A stretch of DNA of 64,000 nt from Candidatus Fermentibacteraceae bacterium (GTDB lineage Bacteria; Fermentibacterota; Fermentibacteria; Fermentibacterales; JCC-6). Location of the stretch: contig JBGSZS010000009.1 of the NCBI GenBank assembly GCA_041750285.1, positions 96,001 through 160,000 on the forward strand, in the 5' to 3' direction. The position numbers were made by a program, and so were the translations under genes. Of the stretch, positions 40,925 through 48,399 are shown piece by piece; position 1 is the stretch's first letter, and each line of letters begins with the position of its first letter. A model generated the notes under the pieces. That model made no database searches and was not told where the DNA came from. It worked only from the letters and a program-made list of their open reading frames with translations.

Positions 40925-41456
40925 ACAGGAGCGCCCTGACGGGTGAACCGTCGCCCCCGACTATCCGCAGGGGAAGACACACAAGGGTGTAACACCCGTG
41001 TTCGACGCCTTCGAGCAGAAGGTTCTCGACAACGGGGATGCCGGCTCCCAGAAGCGCCAGATGGGCATCGTCGCAGTCACCGTGGTCTATGGACATATCT
41101 GCCGTGCCCACAAGCACTGCCCCGCGCTCCACAAGCTCCGAGGCCTCGATGCCGGTCACGCTGCGGGTCAGAAGGACCGCAACCCCCATGCAGTGTTCGG
41201 GGACCGAGTCGCAAACCAGCGCGGGAAGCACCATCCTGCTGATCGGTATCATGTCTATCGGAGCGCCGCCGGGTATCCTGTGAAGGGGGGCGTCCATGTG
41301 GGTGCCCGAATGGGCGCTCATCCTGATGCGGGAAATGGTCCATTCCCCCTGAACCACCTCCGTCCTGCGGAAGGGAGCGTCGCCGGGCCACGGCTCGGTA
41401 TCGCGGGAAAGGGGTCTTGTGATGTCGATGGCGCTGCTTCCATTCATGGTTTCCAT
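40914..41456 (-). CDS. Cyclase-family metal hydrolase (KynB-like)
   Basis: IDITRPL..WPGD, HSGTHMDAPLH, VVENLLL, PLRIVGGDGSPVRA. Confidence 0.85.
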   Translation of the reverse strand: METMNGSSAIDITRPLSRDTEPWPGDAPFRRTEVVQGEWTISRIRMSAHSGTHMDAPLHRIPGGAPIDMIPISRMVLPALVCDSVPEHCMGVAVLLTRSVTGIEASELVERGAVLVGTADMSIDHGDCDDAHLALLGAGIPVVENLLLEGVEHGCYTLVCLPLRIVGGDGSPVRALLFRN

Positions 41457-42070
41457 TCGCACTCCCCCTTCAGCGGGCAGACTGTACACCTGGGTCTTGC
41501 GGGAAGGCACACGCGCTGGCCGAACCTTACGAACACGTGGTTCAGCCCCGTCCACTCCTCCCTGGGGAAGATCCTCATGAGTTCGGTCTCTGTCTGATCA
41601 GGCGTCCGGGTCGCCAGAAGCCCGATCCTGTTCGATACCCTGTGCACGTGAACATCCACGCACACCGCCGGGATGCCGAACGCCACGCCCATGACGAAGG
41701 CGGCAGTTTTCCCGCCGACGCCCGGAAGAGACGTCAGTTCATCGCGGCTTTGCGGAACGAAGCCGCCATGGCGCTCGCACAGCAACCTGGCTGTTTCCTT
41801 GAGCTGCCGGGCCTTGACCCTGTAAAAACCCGCAGGGCGAAGAAGGTCCTCAAGCTCCACAAGGGGCAGATCGGCCAGTGCGCCGGGCGTTGCGGCCCTC
41901 TGCAGAAGCCTTTTCGTGACCTGAAGTGTTACCGCGTCACGGGTTCTGAGGCTTATCACGGTTCCCACGAGGACGTTGAAAGGGTCGTCCCCCCCTGAAA
42001 GGGGCGCAGGAACCCCCATGTCCCCAAGATGAACAGCCATCCGGCGAACGGCTTCAGCCGGCGCTATCAC
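41444..42070 (-). CDS. nth: Endonuclease III
   Basis: PFNVLVGTVISLRTRD, LPGVGGKTA HhH, VDVHVHR, C-x6-C-x2-C-x5-C Fe-S motif. Confidence 0.93.
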   Translation of the reverse strand: MIAPAEAVRRMAVHLGDMGVPAPLSGGDDPFNVLVGTVISLRTRDAVTLQVTKRLLQRAATPGALADLPLVELEDLLRPAGFYRVKARQLKETARLLCERHGGFVPQSRDELTSLPGVGGKTAAFVMGVAFGIPAVCVDVHVHRVSNRIGLLATRTPDQTETELMRIFPREEWTGLNHVFVRFGQRVCLPARPRCTVCPLKGECEWKP

Positions 42071-43254
42071 CGGATCCGAACCATCCTGATGCCCCGGTTC
42101 CTGCTGAGTACAAGCCCAAGCCTGCCGTTGAACAGGTCGACCAGCTCCTCGCCCAGGGCATCCTTCCTCCAGCCGGGGATGCCGGTCATCCCCTGAAGGT
42201 CTTCGACTGACTTGGGGGGGTCATCGAGGAGGCGTTCCATGGTGTCTTTCGGAAGAAGCACCGTGGGCGATATCTTCAACTCGGCCGACTTCTTCTTGAG
42301 GAAGATCCGCAAAATGTCCTTTCTTGCAGAGCGACCCCAGTCCTGATCAGGGGGATCGATCCTGGGAGTGTCGGCGGGTGGATCGAGGGAACACTCGGTG
42401 CTGATCTTCACGATCTCCGCTCCGTACTTCTCCGTGAAACCGCCGGGAAGCCCCCGCAGAAGGGCGAGGTCTTCGGTGGTGGACGGCGCCAGTATGGCGA
42501 TCCTGCAGAGCAGTGAATCCTGCGCGATGAACTGCCTGGGCCGGTTCAACGAACGGGCAAGCTCCTCCCGCCAGTTCACCAGCATCCAGAGCAGGTGGTG
42601 ATGCTGTGGCTTGACCTTGTCGGCCGAGCGGGTCCTTCTGAACTGATCTTCAGGCGACGTAAGATAGGAGGCTGAATCGGTCAGATCAGCCGACTCATCG
42701 AGAAACCACTGCATCCTGCCCTTGCGTTCAAGCTGGGTGCTCAGTCTTTCGTAGATGTCGGGAAGGTACCTTACATCATCGAGTGCATAAAGCACCTGAT
42801 CGGGCGAGAGTGGTCTCACGGACCAGTCGCTCATGGAGTACTGCTTGGGTGGTTTGGCCTTGCAGACGGACTTGACGAGGTTTGCCAGGCTCATCTGTTC
42901 ACCGTAGCCAAGAAACGCGGCGGCGATCTGGGTGTCGAAAACGTTCCTGATGGAGACTCCCGGAATGTGGTGGAGAAGAACTCCTATATCGTTCCTGGCG
43001 GAATGGATCACCTTCACGACATCAGGGTCCTCGAGAAGCCGCCCCAGGGCGGAAAGGTCGGGAACGGCCAGCGGGTCGACCGCAACGGGGCTGATGCCAG
43101 CGCCCGAGATCTGGACAAGGTAAAGATCGGGCCAGTAGCGCTTTTCACCGTGAAACTCAGTGTCGATCGCAACGGCCTTTTCACGGAGGCACCTCTCCAC
43201 GAGTTCGGCGAGGCCCTCAGGCGTATCGATAAGGGGCGGCTGGGGCGGCGTCAC
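42067..43254 (-). CDS. rnd: Ribonuclease D
   Basis: AIDTEF, KVIHSARND, FDTQIAA, SDWSVRPL..Q..YALDDV; HRDC domain; GWRK. Confidence 0.92.
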   Translation of the reverse strand: MTPPQPPLIDTPEGLAELVERCLREKAVAIDTEFHGEKRYWPDLYLVQISGAGISPVAVDPLAVPDLSALGRLLEDPDVVKVIHSARNDIGVLLHHIPGVSIRNVFDTQIAAAFLGYGEQMSLANLVKSVCKAKPPKQYSMSDWSVRPLSPDQVLYALDDVRYLPDIYERLSTQLERKGRMQWFLDESADLTDSASYLTSPEDQFRRTRSADKVKPQHHHLLWMLVNWREELARSLNRPRQFIAQDSLLCRIAILAPSTTEDLALLRGLPGGFTEKYGAEIVKISTECSLDPPADTPRIDPPDQDWGRSARKDILRIFLKKKSAELKISPTVLLPKDTMERLLDDPPKSVEDLQGMTGIPGWRKDALGEELVDLFNGRLGLVLSRNRGIRMVRIR

Positions 43255-43988
43255 GGGTTCACCGGTGTCGAGGCGCCGTGGTGGCCGCACACCACGCTGT
43301 CACTCCTGAGGAAGTAATAGGAATATCCGTTGTCGGGGCACCTCCAGCCGCCGCGCTGCCCCAGTGCGCCTCCCGACCCGGTGAAGATGCTCTCGAGGTC
43401 AGGCGGCATGGCAAAACCCAGGGCAAGGTATTCCCTGACAACACCCGCAACCTCCTCACGCCGGAGCCTGCACTCTTCCGGTGACAACGAAAGGCCGTCG
43501 CCCAGGTGCCCGGATGGACAGAACACAACTGCCCCGGCAACTTCGTAGGGCCTGCCGGAGACGGGACAGACCCGAGAGCCGGAAAGGGCTGCCTCACGGC
43601 ACAGAATGACAGCTCCGCCGAAAAGGCCGTCGAGGGAAGAGTCGCCGCCGATGCGGTACCCGGCACCGCACCTCTTAAGCCATACCACCCTTACGGTCTG
43701 TCCCGCAACGGAGGTCCAGCGGATCCCGCGGCTGTCGGTCCCGTCCATGAATACCCTGTCCGGTGCAGGAAGGCCCTCGAGCGAGGAGAGGAATAGGGGG
43801 GAGGCCATGAGCCCCAGGCTGTCGGTCAGCATGCGCCAGGCCGCAGAGTCCGGTCCTTCACCTTCCGAAAGGGCTGTAAGGTAATCTTTTACCATGTTGG
43901 CCTGAACCACGCCGGGGCTATGGGACCTTGCGGCCAGTGCCGCCAGGAACAGAAGGGGAAGGAGAAGCAGCGGCAGGATCTTTCTCAT
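43251..43988 (-). CDS. Secreted or membrane-anchored hypothetical protein with duplicated Cys/His motifs
   Basis: Signal-like N-terminus; CPVSGRPY..CPSGH and CPDNGYSY..CGHHG; overlaps its neighbours as in an operon. Confidence 0.6.
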   Translation of the reverse strand: MRKILPLLLLPLLFLAALAARSHSPGVVQANMVKDYLTALSEGEGPDSAAWRMLTDSLGLMASPLFLSSLEGLPAPDRVFMDGTDSRGIRWTSVAGQTVRVVWLKRCGAGYRIGGDSSLDGLFGGAVILCREAALSGSRVCPVSGRPYEVAGAVVFCPSGHLGDGLSLSPEECRLRREEVAGVVREYLALGFAMPPDLESIFTGSGGALGQRGGWRCPDNGYSYYFLRSDSVVCGHHGASTPVNP

Positions 43989-44932
43989 TCCCTCGATCCC
44001 CCGCCTTCAGAGCTTCTGCCGCCCGTGCCGACGCTGAAGACGTCGCCGAGATCGATCCCGATGCCGCTTAGGATGATGCCCCACTCCTTGTCGACGTTTT
44101 CACCACCGAGCCTTATGTACACATCGACAGTAAGGTCGAGGTCGGGGTTTGAGAGCATGAATCCGCCCCGAAGGTCGAAGTAGCTTCGGTTGGAGCCCCT
44201 GACATTGACCGAACCCCCGGGGGTTTCGTAGCTGGTCTTGCCCCTGGTTGCGAACTCCCCGCCTATTCTCACGGAAAGTTCAGGGTTGACGGGAGCCACC
44301 AGGAACCCGCACCCCCTGAGCTCAAGGCCCGGAGAGGTCTCGCTGCTGTCCCGCTGTGTTCCCGGAATCCTGTCCCATGCAGTGAAGTAATGTCTCAGGC
44401 CTCCGGTCACATCGAACCTTGAGCCGCCGCGGCCGCCCAGTGGAAGCTCGAAACTGGCAGCGATCTCCGCAGCCATGTGCGGATCGCTCCTTGGGGGGTC
44501 GGCGCTTTCGAGGTAGCCCTTGAAGGCGGGTCTGAATGCTCCCCTGATGAGATACTGGGGAGATCTGCTCATCCAGCCGTCGAGGCTGATCCAGGGATCG
44601 GTGATGCCAAGGCCGGTTTCCTCCGAACCCGAGAGCTGAAGGTACATGGGAACCACAAGGCTTATGGTGTGGCTTGATGTGAGCCCGTACCGGCCTGTCC
44701 ATGCAGCCTGCAGAAAGCTCTGGGACTCCCTGTACTCGTAAAGGCTGTCGAAGCCCAGTGTATCGGTCTCCCAGTACGATCCGGCGGAAAAGTAGCCTAT
44801 TGCGAAGTCGCCGCTGGATTCCGTAGACCCTAGCACCCGGGTCAGCCCGTTGTAGTAAAGGGGGTCCCAGCCATGACACACTCCCAGGAACACTGTCACG
44901 GCAAGGGGGAAAATCGCTCTACGACTGCTCAT
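43985..44932 (-). CDS. Putative outer-membrane beta-barrel (MetA-pathway/transporter-like)
   Basis: Signal peptide; amphipathic strands; YGLT...VPMY...GLGITDP pattern. Confidence 0.5.
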   Translation of the reverse strand: MSSRRAIFPLAVTVFLGVCHGWDPLYYNGLTRVLGSTESSGDFAIGYFSAGSYWETDTLGFDSLYEYRESQSFLQAAWTGRYGLTSSHTISLVVPMYLQLSGSEETGLGITDPWISLDGWMSRSPQYLIRGAFRPAFKGYLESADPPRSDPHMAAEIAASFELPLGGRGGSRFDVTGGLRHYFTAWDRIPGTQRDSSETSPGLELRGCGFLVAPVNPELSVRIGGEFATRGKTSYETPGGSVNVRGSNRSYFDLRGGFMLSNPDLDLTVDVYIRLGGENVDKEWGIILSGIGIDLGDVFSVGTGGRSSEGGGSRE

Positions 44933-45231
44933 GATTCCTCCCGGACGAAGCTGACTGAAAAAGAACCTGAGTCGTCAACACATGGAACGGTTCGTATTGC
45001 CACATCCCGAACAAGAGACCCGGCCGGCCCCGCCGCGAGCGCATCGGTAAACGACTTCACCGACGCTTCACGCCCCTGGGCCAAAATGCCCACGGAACCG
45101 TCAGGATTGTTCCAGACGGCACCGGTGACACGCAGTGATTCCGCAAGCCTCTTTGCCCACCATCTGAACCCCACGCCCTGCACGATCCCAGTAACGGTGA
45201 CATTCACGCGGACGAGGTTTTCACCGGTCAT
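44929..45231 (-). CDS. acyP: Acylphosphatase
   Basis: GIVQGVGFR, GAVWNNPDGSV, GP..S.V. Confidence 0.92.
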   Translation of the reverse strand: MTGENLVRVNVTVTGIVQGVGFRWWAKRLAESLRVTGAVWNNPDGSVGILAQGREASVKSFTDALAAGPAGSLVRDVAIRTVPCVDDSGSFSVSFVREES

Positions 45232-45297
45232 CGCAAGCCCCTTCTATAAAACACCCCCCGAGATGGGGTCAACCTGCCTCATTGACTTGCATCGCAC

Positions 45298-45317
45298 CAA
45301 CCAAGCATGTTTGGTTG
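45298..45317. promoter_or_regulatory. Near-perfect 20-bp palindrome (probable repressor operator) between the divergent acyP and ompA genes
   Basis: CAACCAAGCATGTTTGGTTG, one mismatched pair; just downstream of TTGACT at 45282. Confidence 0.55.
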
Positions 45318-45355
45318 AAAAATAATATTTGTTCCGGTCTGAAAGGAGACCTGAT

Positions 45356-47347
45356 TTGAAAAGGGTTCTAATTGCAGCACTGTTAATCGTTTCCGCGGCC
45401 GCCTTCGCGGTACCCGGCACGTGGGGAGTCAGGGGCCTCAACAGGATCAACAGCGCCATGCCCATGGGTTTCAACCAGATATGCTTCAACCTGATGACAA
45501 GCTACTGGACCGCCGAGAACACCTACCTCAACTTCCAGTACCGTAACCACAACACCGGACAGGATTACCTGTTCCCCGAGATCAGTGACAACGAACACCT
45601 TTTCAGGGGTCTTTTCTCAATCGGCTACGGTGCGTGGGACTACATCGATGTAGGGTTCAGGCTCACCTACTATTCCAACCTTTACCAGCGCGGGCTCTAC
45701 GAAGAGCGCTCCACAGGCCAGTGGGAGGAATTCAACGCCCTCAGCGACTACGGCGTGATGATCAAGGGCGGGTACAATCCCCTTCCCGATGAGCTGTCAG
45801 ACGTGCTGTGGGCCGGCGGTGCGGTCTGGACCGAGATGTCCCCCTCCGACAGCAACTTCGTGGAATGCCGCGACGAGCAGGACGGCACATGGTTCACAGG
45901 CCAGCCCATGAGCCAGCTCCGCTACCCATACGCTTCGAACGGCGACGCTTTCGGGGTTGACCTCATCGCATCGGGCGATTTCGGGTACTGGGTTCCCATG
46001 GTCCCCATAAGGGCGCACCTTAACATGGGTTATGCCAGTTACAGCCAGCAGTTCGACTACTGGGACTTCAGGGTCTCTGAATCCGATACCGGATGGTCGT
46101 TCTCAGACTCCACCATGGTGAACCTCAAAGTGAAGGACAACGTCCTCTCGTACGGCTTCGGTCTTGAGGTTCCCACTCCGTCGGTCGACATCCTGTTCGA
46201 GTACAAGGGCTACTCGTTCATGGACCGCACCGGCGAGTCCCTTTCCTACCTTTCCCCTGGCATCAGGTTCAAGACCTCTTCCGGCATGTTCCTCGACATC
46301 ACCTACGACATGATCGGCGGCGACTTCGATCCGCTGTACCACGACCTTGGTCACGAGCTCTACCAGGACAGCTCCGTGGTGGTAACCGAGGCCGACCGGG
46401 CAGCCAGGGCGCCCCTTCCCATTCCCGGAGCCTACGACTGGGGCATCAGCCTCAACGTGGGCTTCTCGGGCGACCTGATGCAGGCCGTCGATGAAGGGCC
46501 AAGGCTCGGCACCCTTAACGGGACCGTAACCGACTCCCTCACAGGGCTCCCGGTTTTCGCCACCATAACATTCCCGGGCGTTCCCGTGTCGAACGTGACA
46601 AGCGATGCCCAGACCGGTTTCTTCGTGGTTCATGTCCCGGCGGGTGAACTCCCCGTGACAGTCGTGGCTCCGGGTTACCGTCATTCCTCGACCGTGCTGT
46701 CCATGTCGCGCAACACCACCCAGAGCGTTGACTTCCGCCTTGCCCCCAACCTTGGTGCGGTTTCCGGCGCGGTGCGCGACGGACAGGGAAGAGCAGTTGC
46801 CGGCGCCACGGTTACCATCGGGAGCACCAGCCCTGTCACCGTAACGACCAACGCTGCTGGTGTCTATTCCGCCAATGTCGAGGCCGGAACCTGGCCCGTC
46901 ACCGCCCAGGCCACCGGATATCTCACCGACAACCAGAACGTCACCCTCGCCCCCAACGCCACCACGACCCTCAACTTCACCATGAGGGACGCCCTGCAGG
47001 AGGGGCAGGTCATGAGCTTCGACAACATCTACTTCGATTCGGGAAGCGCCAACATCAAGCCCGAGAGCTATCCGGTTCTTGACAGCGTTGCGATCCTCCT
47101 CCGCGACAATCCCTCCGCCAGGATCCAGATCGCCGGCCACACCGACAGCGACGGCAGCACCGCCTCCAACCAGAGCCTCAGTGAGCGAAGGGCGCAGTCC
47201 GTCCACCAGTACCTGGTCAGCAAGGGAATCGCCGGCAACCGCATGACAAGCATCGGCTACGGCGAGGACCGCCCCGTTGTCGCCAACGACTCCGCCGCCA
47301 ACAAGGCCCGCAACCGCCGCATCGAGTTCACCGTCCTCAGCATTTAG
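45356..47347 (+). CDS. OmpA-family protein: N-terminal beta-barrel, two carboxypeptidase-regulatory-like domains, OmpA C-terminal domain
   Basis: AAGGAG RBS and TTG; NIYFDSGSA, IAGHTDSDG, NQSLSERRAQSV, GYGEDRP, NRRIEF. Confidence 0.9.
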   Translation: MKRVLIAALLIVSAAAFAVPGTWGVRGLNRINSAMPMGFNQICFNLMTSYWTAENTYLNFQYRNHNTGQDYLFPEISDNEHLFRGLFSIGYGAWDYIDVGFRLTYYSNLYQRGLYEERSTGQWEEFNALSDYGVMIKGGYNPLPDELSDVLWAGGAVWTEMSPSDSNFVECRDEQDGTWFTGQPMSQLRYPYASNGDAFGVDLIASGDFGYWVPMVPIRAHLNMGYASYSQQFDYWDFRVSESDTGWSFSDSTMVNLKVKDNVLSYGFGLEVPTPSVDILFEYKGYSFMDRTGESLSYLSPGIRFKTSSGMFLDITYDMIGGDFDPLYHDLGHELYQDSSVVVTEADRAARAPLPIPGAYDWGISLNVGFSGDLMQAVDEGPRLGTLNGTVTDSLTGLPVFATITFPGVPVSNVTSDAQTGFFVVHVPAGELPVTVVAPGYRHSSTVLSMSRNTTQSVDFRLAPNLGAVSGAVRDGQGRAVAGATVTIGSTSPVTVTTNAAGVYSANVEAGTWPVTAQATGYLTDNQNVTLAPNATTTLNFTMRDALQEGQVMSFDNIYFDSGSANIKPESYPVLDSVAILLRDNPSARIQIAGHTDSDGSTASNQSLSERRAQSVHQYLVSKGIAGNRMTSIGYGEDRPVVANDSAANKARNRRIEFTVLSI

Positions 47348-47372
47348 GGGACGGACTTAGATAACTTAGTTT
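47343..47372 (+). repeat. 30-bp inverted repeat, left copy (overlaps the ompA stop codon)
   Basis: TTTAGGGGACGGACTTAGATAACTTAGTTT, the exact reverse complement of 56451-56480. Confidence 0.95.
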
Positions 47373-47380
47373 GCTGCGGT

Positions 47381-47418
47381 AAATAAAAGAAGAGCCAGCA
47401 GTTACGCTGGCTCTTCTT
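47381..47418. terminator. Bidirectional intrinsic terminator between ompA and the thioredoxin gene
   Basis: 13-bp stem aagaagagccagc/gctggctcttctt with an A-rich left flank (U-tract on the minus strand). Confidence 0.8.
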
Positions 47419-47436
47419 CCATCTGGCACCAATGTG

Positions 47437-47901
47437 TCAGTTTGCACCAAGGCCTTCGAGCACTTCGAGGAAATCCTCGGGGGAACCTGATATTCCAACC
47501 ACGCGATCGAGCTCGTTTCCCTGTGCATCAGTGAGTACAAGTGTGGGGATGCTGCTTACCGAGTACCTTTGGGCAAGGTCAGGCTCGTTGTCGACATTTA
47601 CCTTGAGGGTTACTACGCCCGAAAGGAACTGCCTGTAGTCAGGTCTTGGAAAGTAATCGTTCGCAAGGGTCTGACAGGGTGGGCACCAGTCTGCATAGAA
47701 GTCGATGAAGATAAGCTTGCCCTCTTCGACGGCAAGCGCAGAGGCAGCATCGAAATCGTCATGGATCCACTGGATCTCAGGAATCTCGACCTCGGTTCCG
47801 ATCTCAGTCGAATCACCACCGGACTGGGCAACCGGTTCAGCCTGCTGGCCGCAGGCAACAAAGAAGGCCGTCACGCATAACAGTATTGCCATGTTTTTCA
47901 T
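47437..47901 (-). CDS. Thioredoxin-family lipoprotein
   Basis: AAGGAG RBS; lipobox FFVA-C; IDFYADWCPPC; SIPTL cis-Pro loop. Confidence 0.88.
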   Translation of the reverse strand: MKNMAILLCVTAFFVACGQQAEPVAQSGGDSTEIGTEVEIPEIQWIHDDFDAASALAVEEGKLIFIDFYADWCPPCQTLANDYFPRPDYRQFLSGVVTLKVNVDNEPDLAQRYSVSSIPTLVLTDAQGNELDRVVGISGSPEDFLEVLEGLGAN

Positions 47902-47969
47902 TATGTCTCCTTTCATACGATTTGCGAAATATACCCGTCTTGCGTACACAAGTGCCGGAAGGGAAGCAC

Positions 47970-48395
47970 ATGAGGCCAAAGACGCCTGAAGTTACAGTTG
48001 ATGCCATCATCGAATCCCCGGGGGGAGCCATCGTCCTTGTTGAAAGAAGGTTCCCGCCAATTGGCTGGGCGCTTCCCGGCGGGTTTGTCGACCCGGGAGA
48101 GAGCCTTTTTCAGGCCGTGCGCCGGGAGGCACTTGAGGAGACAGGCCTCGAGGTGGAGGTTCTGGCTCTTTTCCATGTCTACTCCCGACCCTGGCGGGAT
48201 CCCAGGGGCGATACGGTAAGCGCAGTATACCATTGCAGATCCGACGGTACTCCTGTGGGGGGCGACGACGCTGCAAGAGCTTTGTTCTTCATGCCCGACG
48301 AACTCCCGATCCACATGGCTTTCGATCACCGTGAAATCATCGCTGACTTCGTCAGGTGGAAGACAGGGGGGGGGAAACCCTCCCTCGAAGCCTGA
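47970..48395 (+). CDS. NUDIX hydrolase
   Basis: WALPGGFVDPGESLFQAVRREALEETGL Nudix box; RDPR, GDDA, AFDH. Confidence 0.92.
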   Translation: MRPKTPEVTVDAIIESPGGAIVLVERRFPPIGWALPGGFVDPGESLFQAVRREALEETGLEVEVLALFHVYSRPWRDPRGDTVSAVYHCRSDGTPVGGDDAARALFFMPDELPIHMAFDHREIIADFVRWKTGGGKPSLEA

Positions 48396-48399
48396 TCAT

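Noticed and set aside
46103..47206. Long antisense ORFs (also 768..1727, 27569..28627, 38555..39499, 56777..57553)
   Set aside because: Shadow frames of well-supported genes, expected from high-GC codon bias; no recognisable motifs.
48366..48374. Homopolymer G/C tracts in coding regions (also near 15596 and 62319) as phase-variation switches
   Set aside because: Frames are intact, and 8-9-nt G/C runs are unremarkable at this GC content.
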